Source: a virus. From it: DNA of 64,000 bases. Where the stretch lies: the IMG/VR virus record IMGVR_UViG_3300024255_001088. One strand, given 5' to 3'. The notes beneath the pieces are model-generated. The model was not told where the DNA came from and ran no database searches. It saw only the letters and a list, made by a program, of their open reading frames with translations. Positions 29,547 to 39,718 of the stretch are shown one piece after another (position 1 is the first letter of the stretch; every line of letters begins with the position of its first letter). Position numbers and translations under genes: made by a program.

Positions 29547-31079
29547 ATGGATATTTTTGGGTTTGAAATAAATCGTAAGGGGTTGAAAGACGAATTACGA
29601 GATGTAGATATACAGAAGAAGTCAGCGACTTCTTTTGTAGCACCGGCCGAGGATGATGGAACTCCCATTGTTCAACAGTCGCCAGGTGGTTTCATATCAG
29701 GTGGGGCATATGGTTCCTATGTTGATATGGAAGGAGGTATCAAGAATGAGGTCGCACTCATTAGAAGATACAGAGAGACATCTCTTGTGCCAGAATGTGA
29801 TATTGCTATCGAAGATATAGTAAATGAATGTATAGTTTCAGATACCCAAGATAGAGTAGTCTCATTAGATTTAAGAGATGTAGAATTGTCCGACAGCATC
29901 AAACAAAAGATGCACGAAGAATTCAAGGTGATTCTAACCTTGATGAAATTCCATCAAAATTCACATGAACTATTCCGTAAATGGTATGTTGATGGTCGTA
30001 TTTACTTTCATAAGATTGTAGATTCTAAAAGACCACAACAAGGCATGGTTGACATTAGAAATGTTGACCCATTAAAGATTAAGAAAGTTCGTAATGTCGA
30101 AAAAGAAAAAGACGCTAAAACGAAAATAGATATAATCAAAAAAGTTGAAGAATTCTATATGTTTAACGACAAAGGATTCGACAAAGGTGTCGCAAATGAA
30201 GGCGCCACAGTTAAGATTGCACCAGAGGCAGTAAGTTATACTACTTCTGGTATGTTAGATTACACAAAGAATGTTGTAATCGGATATTTGCATAAGGCAT
30301 TGAAGACTGCAAATCAGTTATCAATGATGGAAGATGCACTTGTTATTTACAGAATATCAAGGGCACCAGAAAGAAGAATCTTCTATATTGATGTTGGTAA
30401 TTTACCTAAAGTAAAGGCAGAACAATACCTTGCAGATACAATGAACAAGTATAGAAATAAACTTGTTTACAATGCAGACACAGGCGAAATCAAAGATGAT
30501 AGACGCCACATGTCAATGTTAGAAGACTTTTGGTTACCAAGAAGAGAAGGTGGTAGAGGAACAGAGATTACTACACTACCAGGTGGTCAGAACCTTGCAG
30601 AGATAGAAGATATAGAATACTTTAAAAAGAAACTATATCGTTCTCTCAATGTACCTACATCTAGACTTGAAGCAGATAATGGTTTCAACATGGGTAGGGC
30701 ATCAGAAATTAGTAGAGATGAACTTAAATTTAACAAGTTCACTAAGAGACTACAAACTAAGTTTGCAAGACTTTTTACTGATTTACTTAGAACACAAATG
30801 GTTCTAAAAAATATTGTATCAGGCGCTGAGTTTGATTCAATGAAAGATTTTATACATTATGATTTTGCAACAGACAATCACTTCCAAGAGTTAAAAGAGG
30901 GAGAGATTATCAGAGAAAGATTAGATATTCTTTCACAGGCAGAATCATTTATTGGTAAGTATTTTTCAGACGATTATGTCAGAAAACATATACTTCGTTT
31001 CTCAGAAGACGATATCGCTAGAATACAAGGCGAGATAGATTCAGAGGGACATGGTGAAGAAGAAGGAGAAGACTTTTAA
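29547..31079 (+). CDS. gp20: Portal protein
   Basis: 'WYVDGR', 'RAPERRIFYIDVGNLPK', 'EDFWLPRREGGRGTEI'. Confidence 0.98.
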   Translation: MDIFGFEINRKGLKDELRDVDIQKKSATSFVAPAEDDGTPIVQQSPGGFISGGAYGSYVDMEGGIKNEVALIRRYRETSLVPECDIAIEDIVNECIVSDTQDRVVSLDLRDVELSDSIKQKMHEEFKVILTLMKFHQNSHELFRKWYVDGRIYFHKIVDSKRPQQGMVDIRNVDPLKIKKVRNVEKEKDAKTKIDIIKKVEEFYMFNDKGFDKGVANEGATVKIAPEAVSYTTSGMLDYTKNVVIGYLHKALKTANQLSMMEDALVIYRISRAPERRIFYIDVGNLPKVKAEQYLADTMNKYRNKLVYNADTGEIKDDRRHMSMLEDFWLPRREGGRGTEITTLPGGQNLAEIEDIEYFKKKLYRSLNVPTSRLEADNGFNMGRASEISRDELKFNKFTKRLQTKFARLFTDLLRTQMVLKNIVSGAEFDSMKDFIHYDFATDNHFQELKEGEIIRERLDILSQAESFIGKYFSDDYVRKHILRFSEDDIARIQGEIDSEGHGEEEGEDF

Positions 31080-31261
31080 TGTCAGAAATAGCAAAAAACA
31101 TAGTGGACCAAATAGAGTCCGGTAAATTACAAGATGCTCAGGATTCTATTTTCCAGGGTATCAAACAAAAGGCTGCTGACCAGGTCGACATGAAAAGAGT
31201 CGAAATGTCAGTTGATTGGATGAATGGCGAAAACTTGGGACCAGATAACAACGATTCTTAA
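31079..31261 (+). CDS. Small prohead core protein (gp67-like position)
   Basis: Synteny between the portal and protease genes. Confidence 0.55.
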   Translation: MSEIAKNIVDQIESGKLQDAQDSIFQGIKQKAADQVDMKRVEMSVDWMNGENLGPDNNDS

Positions 31262-31532
31262 TGAGGCGAAGTTTAAACTTCCGTCAGAACAGAAAGAAGT
31301 TAAGAAGTCTACTGAAAAAGTAGGCAGTAAAACACTGGACATAAGATTCGGCGAAGATAAACGAGGCAAGATTCATGTTTATGTTAATACAGTCTCAATG
31401 GGAGACCCATACAGAAACATGAAAGAAGCTGAAAAAGAGATGAAGAATATTAAAATGGTAATGAAGCAAATGAATGAAGAAGACATCTCATTAGAAGAAA
31501 TTTTAGGAGTTATAAATGAAACTAATATCTGA
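31224..31532 (+). CDS. Prohead-associated protein (gp68-like position)
   Basis: Synteny; 'ILNE-A' resembles a gp21 cleavage site. Confidence 0.5.
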   Translation: MAKTWDQITTILNEAKFKLPSEQKEVKKSTEKVGSKTLDIRFGEDKRGKIHVYVNTVSMGDPYRNMKEAEKEMKNIKMVMKQMNEEDISLEEILGVINETNI

Positions 31533-32169
31533 ATTTGTTGATTACGCAATTGAACCAGTAATCGTAGAAGAAAACGAAAAGGGCGAGAAAGATTACTTCA
31601 TTGAAGGTGTATTCATGCAGGCCGACATTAAAAACAGAAACGGCAGAGTTTATCCAAAAGAAGTAATGAAAAAAGAAGTAGACCGCTACTGTAAAGAGTT
31701 CGTTGAAAAAGGACGAGCATTTGGTGAGTTAGGACATCCTGACGGACCAACAATCAATTTAGACAAAGTATCTCACATGATAACAAAATTAGAAGAAGAT
31801 GGTTCTAATTTCATGGGAAGAGCAAAAATTTTAAGCACCCCAAACGGTCAAATCGTAAGAAATTTGATTAATGATGGTGCAAAACTTGGCGTATCATCAA
31901 GAGGTTTGGGTTCGCTCGAACAAAGAGGTGGTGCCCAATATGTTAAAGGCGATTTTCAACTTGCAACCGCAGCTGATATCGTTGCAGACCCCTCCGCACC
32001 AGAAGCCTTCGTTGAAGGAATCATGGAAGGTGTAGAATGGGTCTATGAATCTGGTGTACTGAAAGCACAAGACATTGAAGTTATGCAGAACAAATTAAGG
32101 ACTGCAAAGATGAATAAACTTGAAGAAACCAAATTAAACATGTGGAAAAAGTTCGTAGAGAACCTATAA
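31516..32169 (+). CDS. gp21: Prohead protease
   Basis: 'NRNGRVYP', 'GELGHP', 'GVSSRGLGS', 'DIVADPSAP'. Confidence 0.96.
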   Translation: MKLISEFVDYAIEPVIVEENEKGEKDYFIEGVFMQADIKNRNGRVYPKEVMKKEVDRYCKEFVEKGRAFGELGHPDGPTINLDKVSHMITKLEEDGSNFMGRAKILSTPNGQIVRNLINDGAKLGVSSRGLGSLEQRGGAQYVKGDFQLATAADIVADPSAPEAFVEGIMEGVEWVYESGVLKAQDIEVMQNKLRTAKMNKLEETKLNMWKKFVENL

Positions 32170-32214
32170 TATATAAATAAAAGAGTTAAGCTAAAACTCA
32201 AACAGGAGAAAAAA

Positions 32215-33594
32215 ATGGCAGATTTAGAAAAAAACCTAGAACAGGCAATCGCAGAGGCTATGCAGCCAAATTCGAAAGCCGAAAAAGGTGACTCAAAACC
32301 TGTTAAGCAAGGTTCATCCGATGCCGCCAAAATAGACGGTGGTAAGGCTGAAGTCGTCAAACCAGAAGAAAATCCTGTTGACAAAGCAGTTGCATCAGTT
32401 AAGAGCGCAGAGAAAGGAACCAAAGAAGTTAGCGGTGACGCTCAACAGAAAGGTGAATCGCCTGCCGAGAAGCAACCTAAGTTGAAGAATGTTAAAGAAG
32501 AAGAAGTTTCCGAATCAGAGAAACCTTCTAAGATGCAAACTATCAAGGCTATGGTCAACGCAATGAAGGATATGAGTAAATCAGATTTATCAACAATGTA
32601 TTCAGAAATGAAGAAAGTTGACGATGAAGACGAAGACGAAGACTCAAAGAAGGTTGACGAATCCTTGACTAAAGCAGAGATTGCGAGAAACATCGTAGAA
32701 TTCTTAAAGAGTTCAGACGAAGAAACAGTCGAAGAAACTTACAATTCAATTATTGAAGCTAAGACTAAAGAAGAGAAAGAAGACGAAGAAGATGATGAAG
32801 ATGAAGATGATGAGGAAGAAGTAAAAGAATCCTCAGAAATTGATTCAGACCTCGTTGAAATGGAGATAGAGGACGACCTATCAAAAATTTCAGAAGCTCT
32901 AGACTTATCAGAAGAAAATTCTGAAAAGGCAAGAACTATCTTTAAGGCTGCTGTCACTTCAAAAGTTGCAGAAATAAAAGAAGAGTTAGAAACAACTTAT
33001 TCAGAAAATTTAAAAACCTCAGTAGAAACTGTCAAAGGCGACCTAACAGAAGCAGTTGATAAGTATCTATCGTATTGTGCAGAAGAGTGGACGAAAGAAA
33101 ACGAACTTGCTATAGAAAGGGGTTTGAGGTCAGAAATGACAGAAAACTTTATCGAAGGTATGAAAGCATTGTTCGTAGAACATTATGTTGAAATTCCTGA
33201 AGATAAGTACGATGTTATTGATGAACTCGCAAATCGTCTTGATGAGATGGAAGAGAAACTAGACAACGAAGTATCTAAAAATATGGAAGTTGTTGCAGAG
33301 AACGACCAACTCAAAAGAGGCACCGTGATTTCAGAGGCCTGTAAAGACCTATCTGAATCACAAACAGAGAAAATGGTTTCTCTTGCAGAAGGTGTAGATT
33401 TCGTTAGTGCTGAAGACTTTAGTGATAAAGTTGAAGAACTAAAGAACGCTTACTTTCCAAAAGAAGAAAACATTGCAGAAGAAACTGTAGTAGAAGAAGG
33501 AACTGGTGATTTCTCAGAAGAGAATGAAGTAAGACTTGACCCTACAATGAATCAGTACGCTTCTGCTATTAGTAAACTAAACCCTTTGGGATAA
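32215..33594 (+). CDS. gp22: Prohead core scaffold protein
   Basis: Acidic coiled coil; 'VDKYL.Y..EEW..EN.LA.E.G'. Confidence 0.92.
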   Translation: MADLEKNLEQAIAEAMQPNSKAEKGDSKPVKQGSSDAAKIDGGKAEVVKPEENPVDKAVASVKSAEKGTKEVSGDAQQKGESPAEKQPKLKNVKEEEVSESEKPSKMQTIKAMVNAMKDMSKSDLSTMYSEMKKVDDEDEDEDSKKVDESLTKAEIARNIVEFLKSSDEETVEETYNSIIEAKTKEEKEDEEDDEDEDDEEEVKESSEIDSDLVEMEIEDDLSKISEALDLSEENSEKARTIFKAAVTSKVAEIKEELETTYSENLKTSVETVKGDLTEAVDKYLSYCAEEWTKENELAIERGLRSEMTENFIEGMKALFVEHYVEIPEDKYDVIDELANRLDEMEEKLDNEVSKNMEVVAENDQLKRGTVISEACKDLSESQTEKMVSLAEGVDFVSAEDFSDKVEELKNAYFPKEENIAEETVVEEGTGDFSEENEVRLDPTMNQYASAISKLNPLG

Positions 33595-33622
33595 ACCCTA
33601 AGGGTATTTAAAGGAAATAAAA

Positions 33623-34936
33623 ATGTTTTTATCAGAAAACTTACAAGAAAAGTGGAGCCCTATTCTAGAACACTCCGATTTGCCAAAAATCGAAGACAAC
33701 TACAAAAGAGCAGTCACAGCAGTAATTCTTGAAAACCAAGAAAAAGCCCTAAACGAAGATAGAGCTGTTCTTTCAGAAGCTGCACCTTTAAATGCTACTG
33801 GTTCTGCCATATCTAACTGGGATCCAATCCTAATTAGTTTAGTGCGTAGAGCTATGCCAAATCTCGTTGCTTACGACATTTGCGGTGTTCAACCGATGAC
33901 TGGTCCTACAGGACTTATCTTCGCTATGAAAGCAAGATACCAAGATTACCCTACAGGTAGTACTAGACTTAATCAAACAGAAGCTATGGGAGTGAACGAA
34001 GTACAAGATGCTTCACACGACCATGGAAGAGTTGATGGTGAGTCTGGATTATACGCTGCTAGAGAGGGCGATCCATTTGCCGGTTCAAATGCATATAAAA
34101 ATGCAACTCCAACTGGTATGGACACAGATAAAGCTGAAGCATTAGGCGATTCCGCAACAAACGAATTCGCTGAAATGTCTTTCACAATTGAGAAATCAAC
34201 AGTGACAGCTGTATCCAGAGCATTAAAAGCAGAATATACACTCGAACTTGCACAAGACTTAAAAGCTATCCACGGTCTTGACGCTGAGTCTGAGTTAGCA
34301 AACATCTTATCTTCAGAAATACTTGCTGAAATTAACAGAGAAGTAGTAAGAAGTGTAAATGTACAAGCAAAAACTGGTGCTGAAGGCACTGCATCTGCTG
34401 GTACTTTTAACTTAGATGTTGACGCTAACGGAAGATGGTCAGTTGAAAAGTTCAAAGGTTTATTATTCCAAATCGAAAGAGAATCAAACAAGATTGCTAA
34501 AGAAACTCGTAGAGGTAAAGGTAACTTTATTCTATGTTCTAGTGATGTTGCATCTGCTCTTTCAATGGCAGGCGTATTAGATTACGCTCCAGCACTTTCA
34601 ACTTCTTTAAATGTTGATGACACAGGCAATACATTTGCTGGTGTTCTTAACGGAAGAGTTAAAGTATACATCGACCCATATGCTGGGTCAGACTACATGA
34701 CAGTAGGTTATAGAGGAAGTAACCCTTATGACGCTGGTATGTTCTATTGTCCGTATGTTCCATTACAAATGGTTCGTGCAGTTGGCGAGAACACATTCCA
34801 ACCGAAAATTGGTTTCAAAACACGATACGGTATGGTTGCAAATCCATTCGTAGGTGCTACTCCTACATCTACTTTAGCAAGTACTGCTGGTGTAAACCAA
34901 TACTACAGAAAGATTGCAGTTTCAAATATCCTGTAA
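33623..34936 (+). CDS. gp23: Major capsid protein
   Basis: 'GVQPMTGPTGLIFAM', 'ELAQDLKAIHGLDAE', 'FQPKIGFKTRYG'. Confidence 0.98.
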   Translation: MFLSENLQEKWSPILEHSDLPKIEDNYKRAVTAVILENQEKALNEDRAVLSEAAPLNATGSAISNWDPILISLVRRAMPNLVAYDICGVQPMTGPTGLIFAMKARYQDYPTGSTRLNQTEAMGVNEVQDASHDHGRVDGESGLYAAREGDPFAGSNAYKNATPTGMDTDKAEALGDSATNEFAEMSFTIEKSTVTAVSRALKAEYTLELAQDLKAIHGLDAESELANILSSEILAEINREVVRSVNVQAKTGAEGTASAGTFNLDVDANGRWSVEKFKGLLFQIERESNKIAKETRRGKGNFILCSSDVASALSMAGVLDYAPALSTSLNVDDTGNTFAGVLNGRVKVYIDPYAGSDYMTVGYRGSNPYDAGMFYCPYVPLQMVRAVGENTFQPKIGFKTRYGMVANPFVGATPTSTLASTAGVNQYYRKIAVSNIL

Positions 34937-34964
34937 ACTTAGTAGTTTCGATTTTAATCGAGTT

Positions 34965-34993
34965 AAAAAGGGTCTTTCGAGACCCTTTTTTTT
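34965..34993 (+). terminator. Rho-independent terminator after gp23
   Basis: AAAAAGGGTCT-TTCG-AGACCCTTTTTTTT. Confidence 0.9.
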
Positions 34994-35056
34994 AGCGCAC
35001 TAAATACTATTGTATCATAAAGATACAGTCATAAACACACACACACGGAGGAAAAT

Positions 35057-35275
35057 ATGGCAAATCAAGGAAAGAGCGGTTATGAAATAAGAGCCGATTT
35101 ACTAAGTATGGCGCAATCCATACTAATCGAAAACTTACAAAGGAAGATTGATGCGGTTTACTCGCACAACGATAATCATCCAGATGATAAGAAACCTTTA
35201 CCAACAAAATCAATCGATGCACAGGAGATAATTTCTGTTGCAAGTGAATTGAATGAGTTTGTAAACGAGAAGTAA
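35057..35275 (+). CDS. Small conserved hypothetical protein
   Basis: Strong SD GGAGG, upstream TAAATA, own terminator. Confidence 0.75.
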   Translation: MANQGKSGYEIRADLLSMAQSILIENLQRKIDAVYSHNDNHPDDKKPLPTKSIDAQEIISVASELNEFVNEK

Positions 35276-35281
35276 ACTTTT

Positions 35282-35301
35282 GGGGACTTCGGTCCCCTTT
35301 T
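35282..35301 (+). terminator. Rho-independent terminator
   Basis: GGGGAC-TTCG-GTCCCC-TTTT. Confidence 0.85.
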
Positions 35302-35316
35302 CGCATAAATAGTATT

Positions 35317-35862
35317 ATGGGTATAAAAACAGATATAAACAAGTCAATACTAAACAGAAATAACTTTAGACTACTCATAGATAAAGTTCCTACTGTAGAG
35401 TATTATGTTAGAACAGTAAACATACCAGGTGTTCAATTTGGCGAAACTGTTCAATCAGCAGGTGTTGGTCTAGATGCTTTCTTTCCAGGAGATAAGGCAT
35501 CATTTGATACATTAGAAGTATCATTCATTGTTGACGAAGACTTAGAGAACTTCTCAGAGATATACAATTGGATAGACTCTATAGTTCCTTTGAATGACCC
35601 AGCATTGTATGGCACATACACTGATACTGCTGTAAATAGAACTAACATACTTGCATCTATCGACAATGATAGAAATCAATACTCAGATATCACATTAGTG
35701 ATAAACACAAACAAAAATGTACCCAACAGGTACATAAGATTCCATGATGCATTTCCTGTATCATTGGGGTCAATTGAATTAGAATCTGGTGCAGATGCCG
35801 AACCGGCAATAGTTTCTGTATCGTTTAGATTCTCGTATTACGAAATTAAAACCACCTCGTAA
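35317..35862 (+). CDS. gp3: Tail tube terminator / tail completion protein
   Basis: 'VNIPG', 'F.VDEDL.N..EI.NW', 'F.DAFP.SL'. Confidence 0.85.
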   Translation: MGIKTDINKSILNRNNFRLLIDKVPTVEYYVRTVNIPGVQFGETVQSAGVGLDAFFPGDKASFDTLEVSFIVDEDLENFSEIYNWIDSIVPLNDPALYGTYTDTAVNRTNILASIDNDRNQYSDITLVINTNKNVPNRYIRFHDAFPVSLGSIELESGADAEPAIVSVSFRFSYYEIKTTS

Positions 35863-35893
35863 TTTTACGCCATATGGTGTATAATGGTATATT

Positions 35894-36337
35894 ATGAATT
35901 TAGAACAATTGAAAGAACAATGGGTGAAGGATTGTGAGATAGATGATATCGAATTAGATACAGCATCTTTACATGTTCCCAAACTACACGCAAAGTATTC
36001 CGACTTATTAACAAGTAAAATCTTACTGTTAAAGAAATACAACCAAGACTACAATCAACTACTTAAGTATAAGTGGATGTGGTTCAATGGAAAACTTGAC
36101 GATGATAAGATACAAGAACTTGGTTGGCAAACAGACCCATTCGATGGTCTTAAAATAATGAAGAACGATTTCAATTACTTTTTTAACGCTGATGAAGATT
36201 TAGTTAAACTTAAGGCAAAGATTGATTACTTAGAGGTGACTGTAGACTTTATAAAAAGATGCATGGATAATATCACTTGGAGACATCAAACTATTAAGAA
36301 TACAATCGAGTGGCGTAAATTTATGGCAGGTCAATAA
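35894..36337 (+). CDS. uvsY: Recombination mediator
   Basis: 'W.KD..ID', 'PKLHAKY', 'IKN.IEW.KF'. Confidence 0.9.
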   Translation: MNLEQLKEQWVKDCEIDDIELDTASLHVPKLHAKYSDLLTSKILLLKKYNQDYNQLLKYKWMWFNGKLDDDKIQELGWQTDPFDGLKIMKNDFNYFFNADEDLVKLKAKIDYLEVTVDFIKRCMDNITWRHQTIKNTIEWRKFMAGQ

Positions 36338-37026
36338 TGAATCTAAGAAACTATGCAATGATATATCCTAGTTATTTCACTGAACATGAGTGCGATAGAA
36401 TAGTTCAATTTGCAAATAGATATGAAGAAGTCATTGGCGGTGTAGGTCAAAGAACAGACGATTTAGATGCGCCAGATGTACAAGAACAAGGCACAATTGA
36501 TGATAGTATTAGACAATCAGATATCAGATGGTTAATACACGAAGAGTTTCCCGAAGATATTGCTACAAAAATTGAAGCTGGCATTAACATGGCATCAGTA
36601 GATGCAAATTGGATGCACCAATGGGATTATGTAGAACATCATCAATACACAACATACAGACATAGACCAGAAGCACGAGTACAAGGAGACTTCTATACAT
36701 GGCATACAGATTCAGGAGATTCAGAACAATCTCATGGTGGTCGTTATAGAAAATTAAGTTCAACAATTCAATTGTCTAGTCCAGATGATTATGAAGGTGG
36801 AAACTTTCAATGGATAGAACCAAAGGGTATGTTTGACATGTTAAGAAATAACAAAACTCTTCAGAATGTACCAGTAGACGATTATATTAAAACAGTACCC
36901 TTTAGTGGTAAAGAAAGAGGAACTCTAATTGTATTTCCGTCTTTCGTACATCATCAAGTCACACCAGTTACCAGAGGCACTAGAATATCTTTAGTTAGTT
37001 GGTTTCATGGCAATCCTTATGTCTAA
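36337..37026 (+). CDS. 2OG-Fe(II) oxygenase (PKHD-type)
   Basis: 'Y.WHTD', 'RKLS...QLS...YEGG', 'FPSF..H.V.PVT.G.R.SLV.W'. Confidence 0.88.
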   Translation: MNLRNYAMIYPSYFTEHECDRIVQFANRYEEVIGGVGQRTDDLDAPDVQEQGTIDDSIRQSDIRWLIHEEFPEDIATKIEAGINMASVDANWMHQWDYVEHHQYTTYRHRPEARVQGDFYTWHTDSGDSEQSHGGRYRKLSSTIQLSSPDDYEGGNFQWIEPKGMFDMLRNNKTLQNVPVDDYIKTVPFSGKERGTLIVFPSFVHHQVTPVTRGTRISLVSWFHGNPYV

Positions 37027-38425
37027 TCTAGTCACTGTTTCTAAAGTAGATGAATGTTTTCTCAAAGTAAATTGTGATAAAGGTCTAGCAAGAGACTTAT
37101 ACGACTTTTTCTCATTTACTGTACCTGGCGCCAAGTTCATGCCATCTTACAAAAACAAATGGTGGGATGGTAAAGTAAGACTCTTCTCTCTAAAAACTCA
37201 GAAGATATACATAGGTCTACTACCCTACATTGACGAGTTTTGTAGAGAAAGAGGATTTGATTTTGAGGGCATAGAAGATGTTATCGGACACAAACATAAA
37301 CTCAAAGATTGGAATGTAGAAGACTTAAACTTACCCTTTGCTCCTAGAGATTACCAACTCGAAGCATTCAAAGAGACAGTCAAGTATGGTAGACAACTTC
37401 TTTTGTCTCCTACGGCATCTGGCAAGAGCTTAATCATATATATGATAGCCAGATACTACAACATGAAAACAATTATAATTGTTCCCACTACATCGTTAGT
37501 AGAACAAATGACAAAAGATTTTCAGGAGTATGGATATGATAAACAAGTATGTAAAATTTATAGTGGTCAACCTGTATTTCCTGCTGACATTACGGTTACT
37601 ACATGGCAGAGTTTTGCTAAAGCACCTAAAGAGGTCATGCAATCGTTTGATGTAGTCATAGGAGATGAGGCACATCTATTCAAGGCACAAACACTCAAAG
37701 GTATCTTAGAGAAGATGAATACCACTGCAATTAGAGTTGGTCTTACAGGAACATTAGATGGTACAGAAGTTCATAGATTACAACTAGAAGGACTATTTGG
37801 TCCTGTTAAGAAAGTAGTATCTTCGGCACAACTTATGGAAGAAGGAACAATCGCAAATTTGAATATTGATTGTGTCATACTCCGTCATACTAAACAGAAA
37901 AAAATGTCGTATCAGGATGAGATGGACTACTTAGTATCAAATGAAAGTAGAAACGAATTTATATGTAATCTAGTATATTCGCTGAAAGGTAATACTTTAG
38001 TGTTGTTTCAGTATGTAGAGAAACATGGAGTCTTGCTACATAAAAAAATGTTCGATAGATTAGGAGATAAACTACATTATGTATATGGTGGTACAGATGT
38101 AGAAGATAGAGAGAATGTAAGAGAAGTCGTAGAAAAGGCAAGTGATAATGTCATACTGGCGTCATACGGAACATTCTCAACAGGAGTAAACATTAAAAGA
38201 ATAGATAATGTTGTCTTTGCATCTCCCTCTAAATCAAGAATAAGAAACTTACAGTCTATTGGTCGTGGTCTTCGTAAGGCAGAAGGTAAGACTGAGATGA
38301 GGTTATTTGATATTGCAGATGATTTACAATGTGAAAATCATACGCTAAACCACCTAAAGGAAAGGATAAATATATACAATGAAGAGAACTTTTCTTACGA
38401 ACTAAAACAATTTGACCTTAAATGA
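37019..38425 (+). CDS. uvsW: SF2 DNA helicase
   Basis: 'SPTASGKS', 'DEAH', 'QSIGRGLR'; start placed at ATG 37019. Confidence 0.95.
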   Translation: MSNLVTVSKVDECFLKVNCDKGLARDLYDFFSFTVPGAKFMPSYKNKWWDGKVRLFSLKTQKIYIGLLPYIDEFCRERGFDFEGIEDVIGHKHKLKDWNVEDLNLPFAPRDYQLEAFKETVKYGRQLLLSPTASGKSLIIYMIARYYNMKTIIIVPTTSLVEQMTKDFQEYGYDKQVCKIYSGQPVFPADITVTTWQSFAKAPKEVMQSFDVVIGDEAHLFKAQTLKGILEKMNTTAIRVGLTGTLDGTEVHRLQLEGLFGPVKKVVSSAQLMEEGTIANLNIDCVILRHTKQKKMSYQDEMDYLVSNESRNEFICNLVYSLKGNTLVLFQYVEKHGVLLHKKMFDRLGDKLHYVYGGTDVEDRENVREVVEKASDNVILASYGTFSTGVNIKRIDNVVFASPSKSRIRNLQSIGRGLRKAEGKTEMRLFDIADDLQCENHTLNHLKERINIYNEENFSYELKQFDLK

Positions 38426-38889
38426 CAAGACCAACAGATTTAACACCAAGTAGATACGAAGTTATAAGACTTAAAGACAGTACAGAACTTGTTGGTATGA
38501 CAAAGGATTGTGGTGATTACTTAGAAATAACTTTACCCATGATATGTCAATTATCTCTCATACCAGGAATTGCAAAAACAAATGCAGTTTTCTATCCATA
38601 CTCACCCTTGAGTTCAGATGAGAGAGTACAATTACCTAAGACTGAGGTTGTTCATAGAAATACTATGAACCCACAATTTATTCCCTATTATGATAATGCA
38701 TCAGCAAGATGGTTCGATATGATTGAAAATCAGAGTGTGCCACTTGCATCAGCAGAAGAGAATAAAATAAGAGATAACCTACAGAGAAAGATGCAAGAGA
38801 TGATGACTTCATATAGAGAAGACATTGCCTTTGAAGAAGAACTAGAAGATTTCGATGAAGACTTTGATATCGAAAAGACAATTCATTAG
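38422..38889 (+). CDS. Conserved hypothetical protein
   Basis: Overlaps the uvsW stop; usual position between uvsW and gp55. Confidence 0.6.
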   Translation: MTRPTDLTPSRYEVIRLKDSTELVGMTKDCGDYLEITLPMICQLSLIPGIAKTNAVFYPYSPLSSDERVQLPKTEVVHRNTMNPQFIPYYDNASARWFDMIENQSVPLASAEENKIRDNLQRKMQEMMTSYREDIAFEEELEDFDEDFDIEKTIH

Positions 38890-38986
38890 GTTTTCAATTT
38901 AACTAAATAAGTGCGTATGAAGATGTAATCATACATATTTATTATATACATTTATCATTATTATTAATATATAAACTGGAGAAACC

Positions 38987-39148
38987 ATGTCAACTGCAAT
39001 CAGAATTGCGAAGAGCATGGTGGGACGATTCGAAGACCTGAAAGAAATGCTACCCAGCATCATGGAAGGAATTGAGTTTATGACACTATTGACTCTTCCT
39101 ATTTTATTACCTTGGATAATCATATTCATGTCGAAAGGCATCATGTAA
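38987..39148 (+). CDS. Small membrane protein, 53 aa (not in ORF track)
   Basis: SD GGAG; MSTAIRIAKSMVGRFEDLKEMLPSIMEGIEFMTLLTLPILLPWIIIFMSKGIM. Confidence 0.65.
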   Translation: MSTAIRIAKSMVGRFEDLKEMLPSIMEGIEFMTLLTLPILLPWIIIFMSKGIM

Positions 39149-39150
39149 GA

Positions 39151-39249
39151 ATGTCAAAGAGAACCACAGAAAAACTTAAGGACGCAACAGAGGTGGCAAC
39201 ACTTCTGTTGGTCTTTATTATATCAATCGTATCACTAGTACCACAATGA
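39151..39249 (+). CDS. Small membrane protein, 32 aa (not in ORF track)
   Basis: MSKRTTEKLKDATEVATLLLVFIISIVSLVPQ; ATGA overlap with the next gene. Confidence 0.5.
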   Translation: MSKRTTEKLKDATEVATLLLVFIISIVSLVPQ

Positions 39250-39452
39250 GTTATCAACACCAACTTCCACTCGCACTAAATAAAAATAGAGATGCAACTC
39301 CTGAAGAAGTTCAGAAGTGGCATGAAGATGATTTCTTTATGAAAGGGGATTTTGATGTTATGAAACTTTTCGTAGTCATACCCGCCGTCATACAGATAGT
39401 CGTATTTGGAATGATGTTAGTTATGTTTTATGTCAATAGTATCGTATTTTAG
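39246..39452 (+). CDS. Small membrane protein, 68 aa
   Basis: C-terminal hydrophobic helix. Confidence 0.6.
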   Translation: MSYQHQLPLALNKNRDATPEEVQKWHEDDFFMKGDFDVMKLFVVIPAVIQIVVFGMMLVMFYVNSIVF

Positions 39453-39603
39453 AACAATTCTTAAACTTTTACTAGGGATAGGAAAAGAAGAAGAGTTTGT
39501 TGTAACCTATCTAAATGTATTAATAATTGCAATATTGGTAGGGAGTATCTTTACTGTTATACCTGGATTGTTTCTTATATGGATCCTGACCCTGGCGACA
39601 TAG
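39430..39603 (+). CDS. Small membrane protein, 57 aa (not in ORF track)
   Basis: MSIVSYFRTILKLLLGIGKEEEF followed by a long hydrophobic stretch. Confidence 0.5.
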   Translation: MSIVSYFRTILKLLLGIGKEEEFVVTYLNVLIIAILVGSIFTVIPGLFLIWILTLAT

Positions 39604-39718
39604 TTATCTTAACATACTATTCCTGATTCCCACAAGGGGGTTTTGAAATTAATTTAAAATTAATTAACTTAAAAAACCACTATCCTTACAACAACTAACC
39701 TAGTATAATAAGTACATC

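Noticed and set aside
35034-35046. (AC)n tract before the SD of ORF 35057 as a phase-variation switch
   Set aside because: It is short, non-coding and upstream of the SD; more likely an unstructured translation enhancer.
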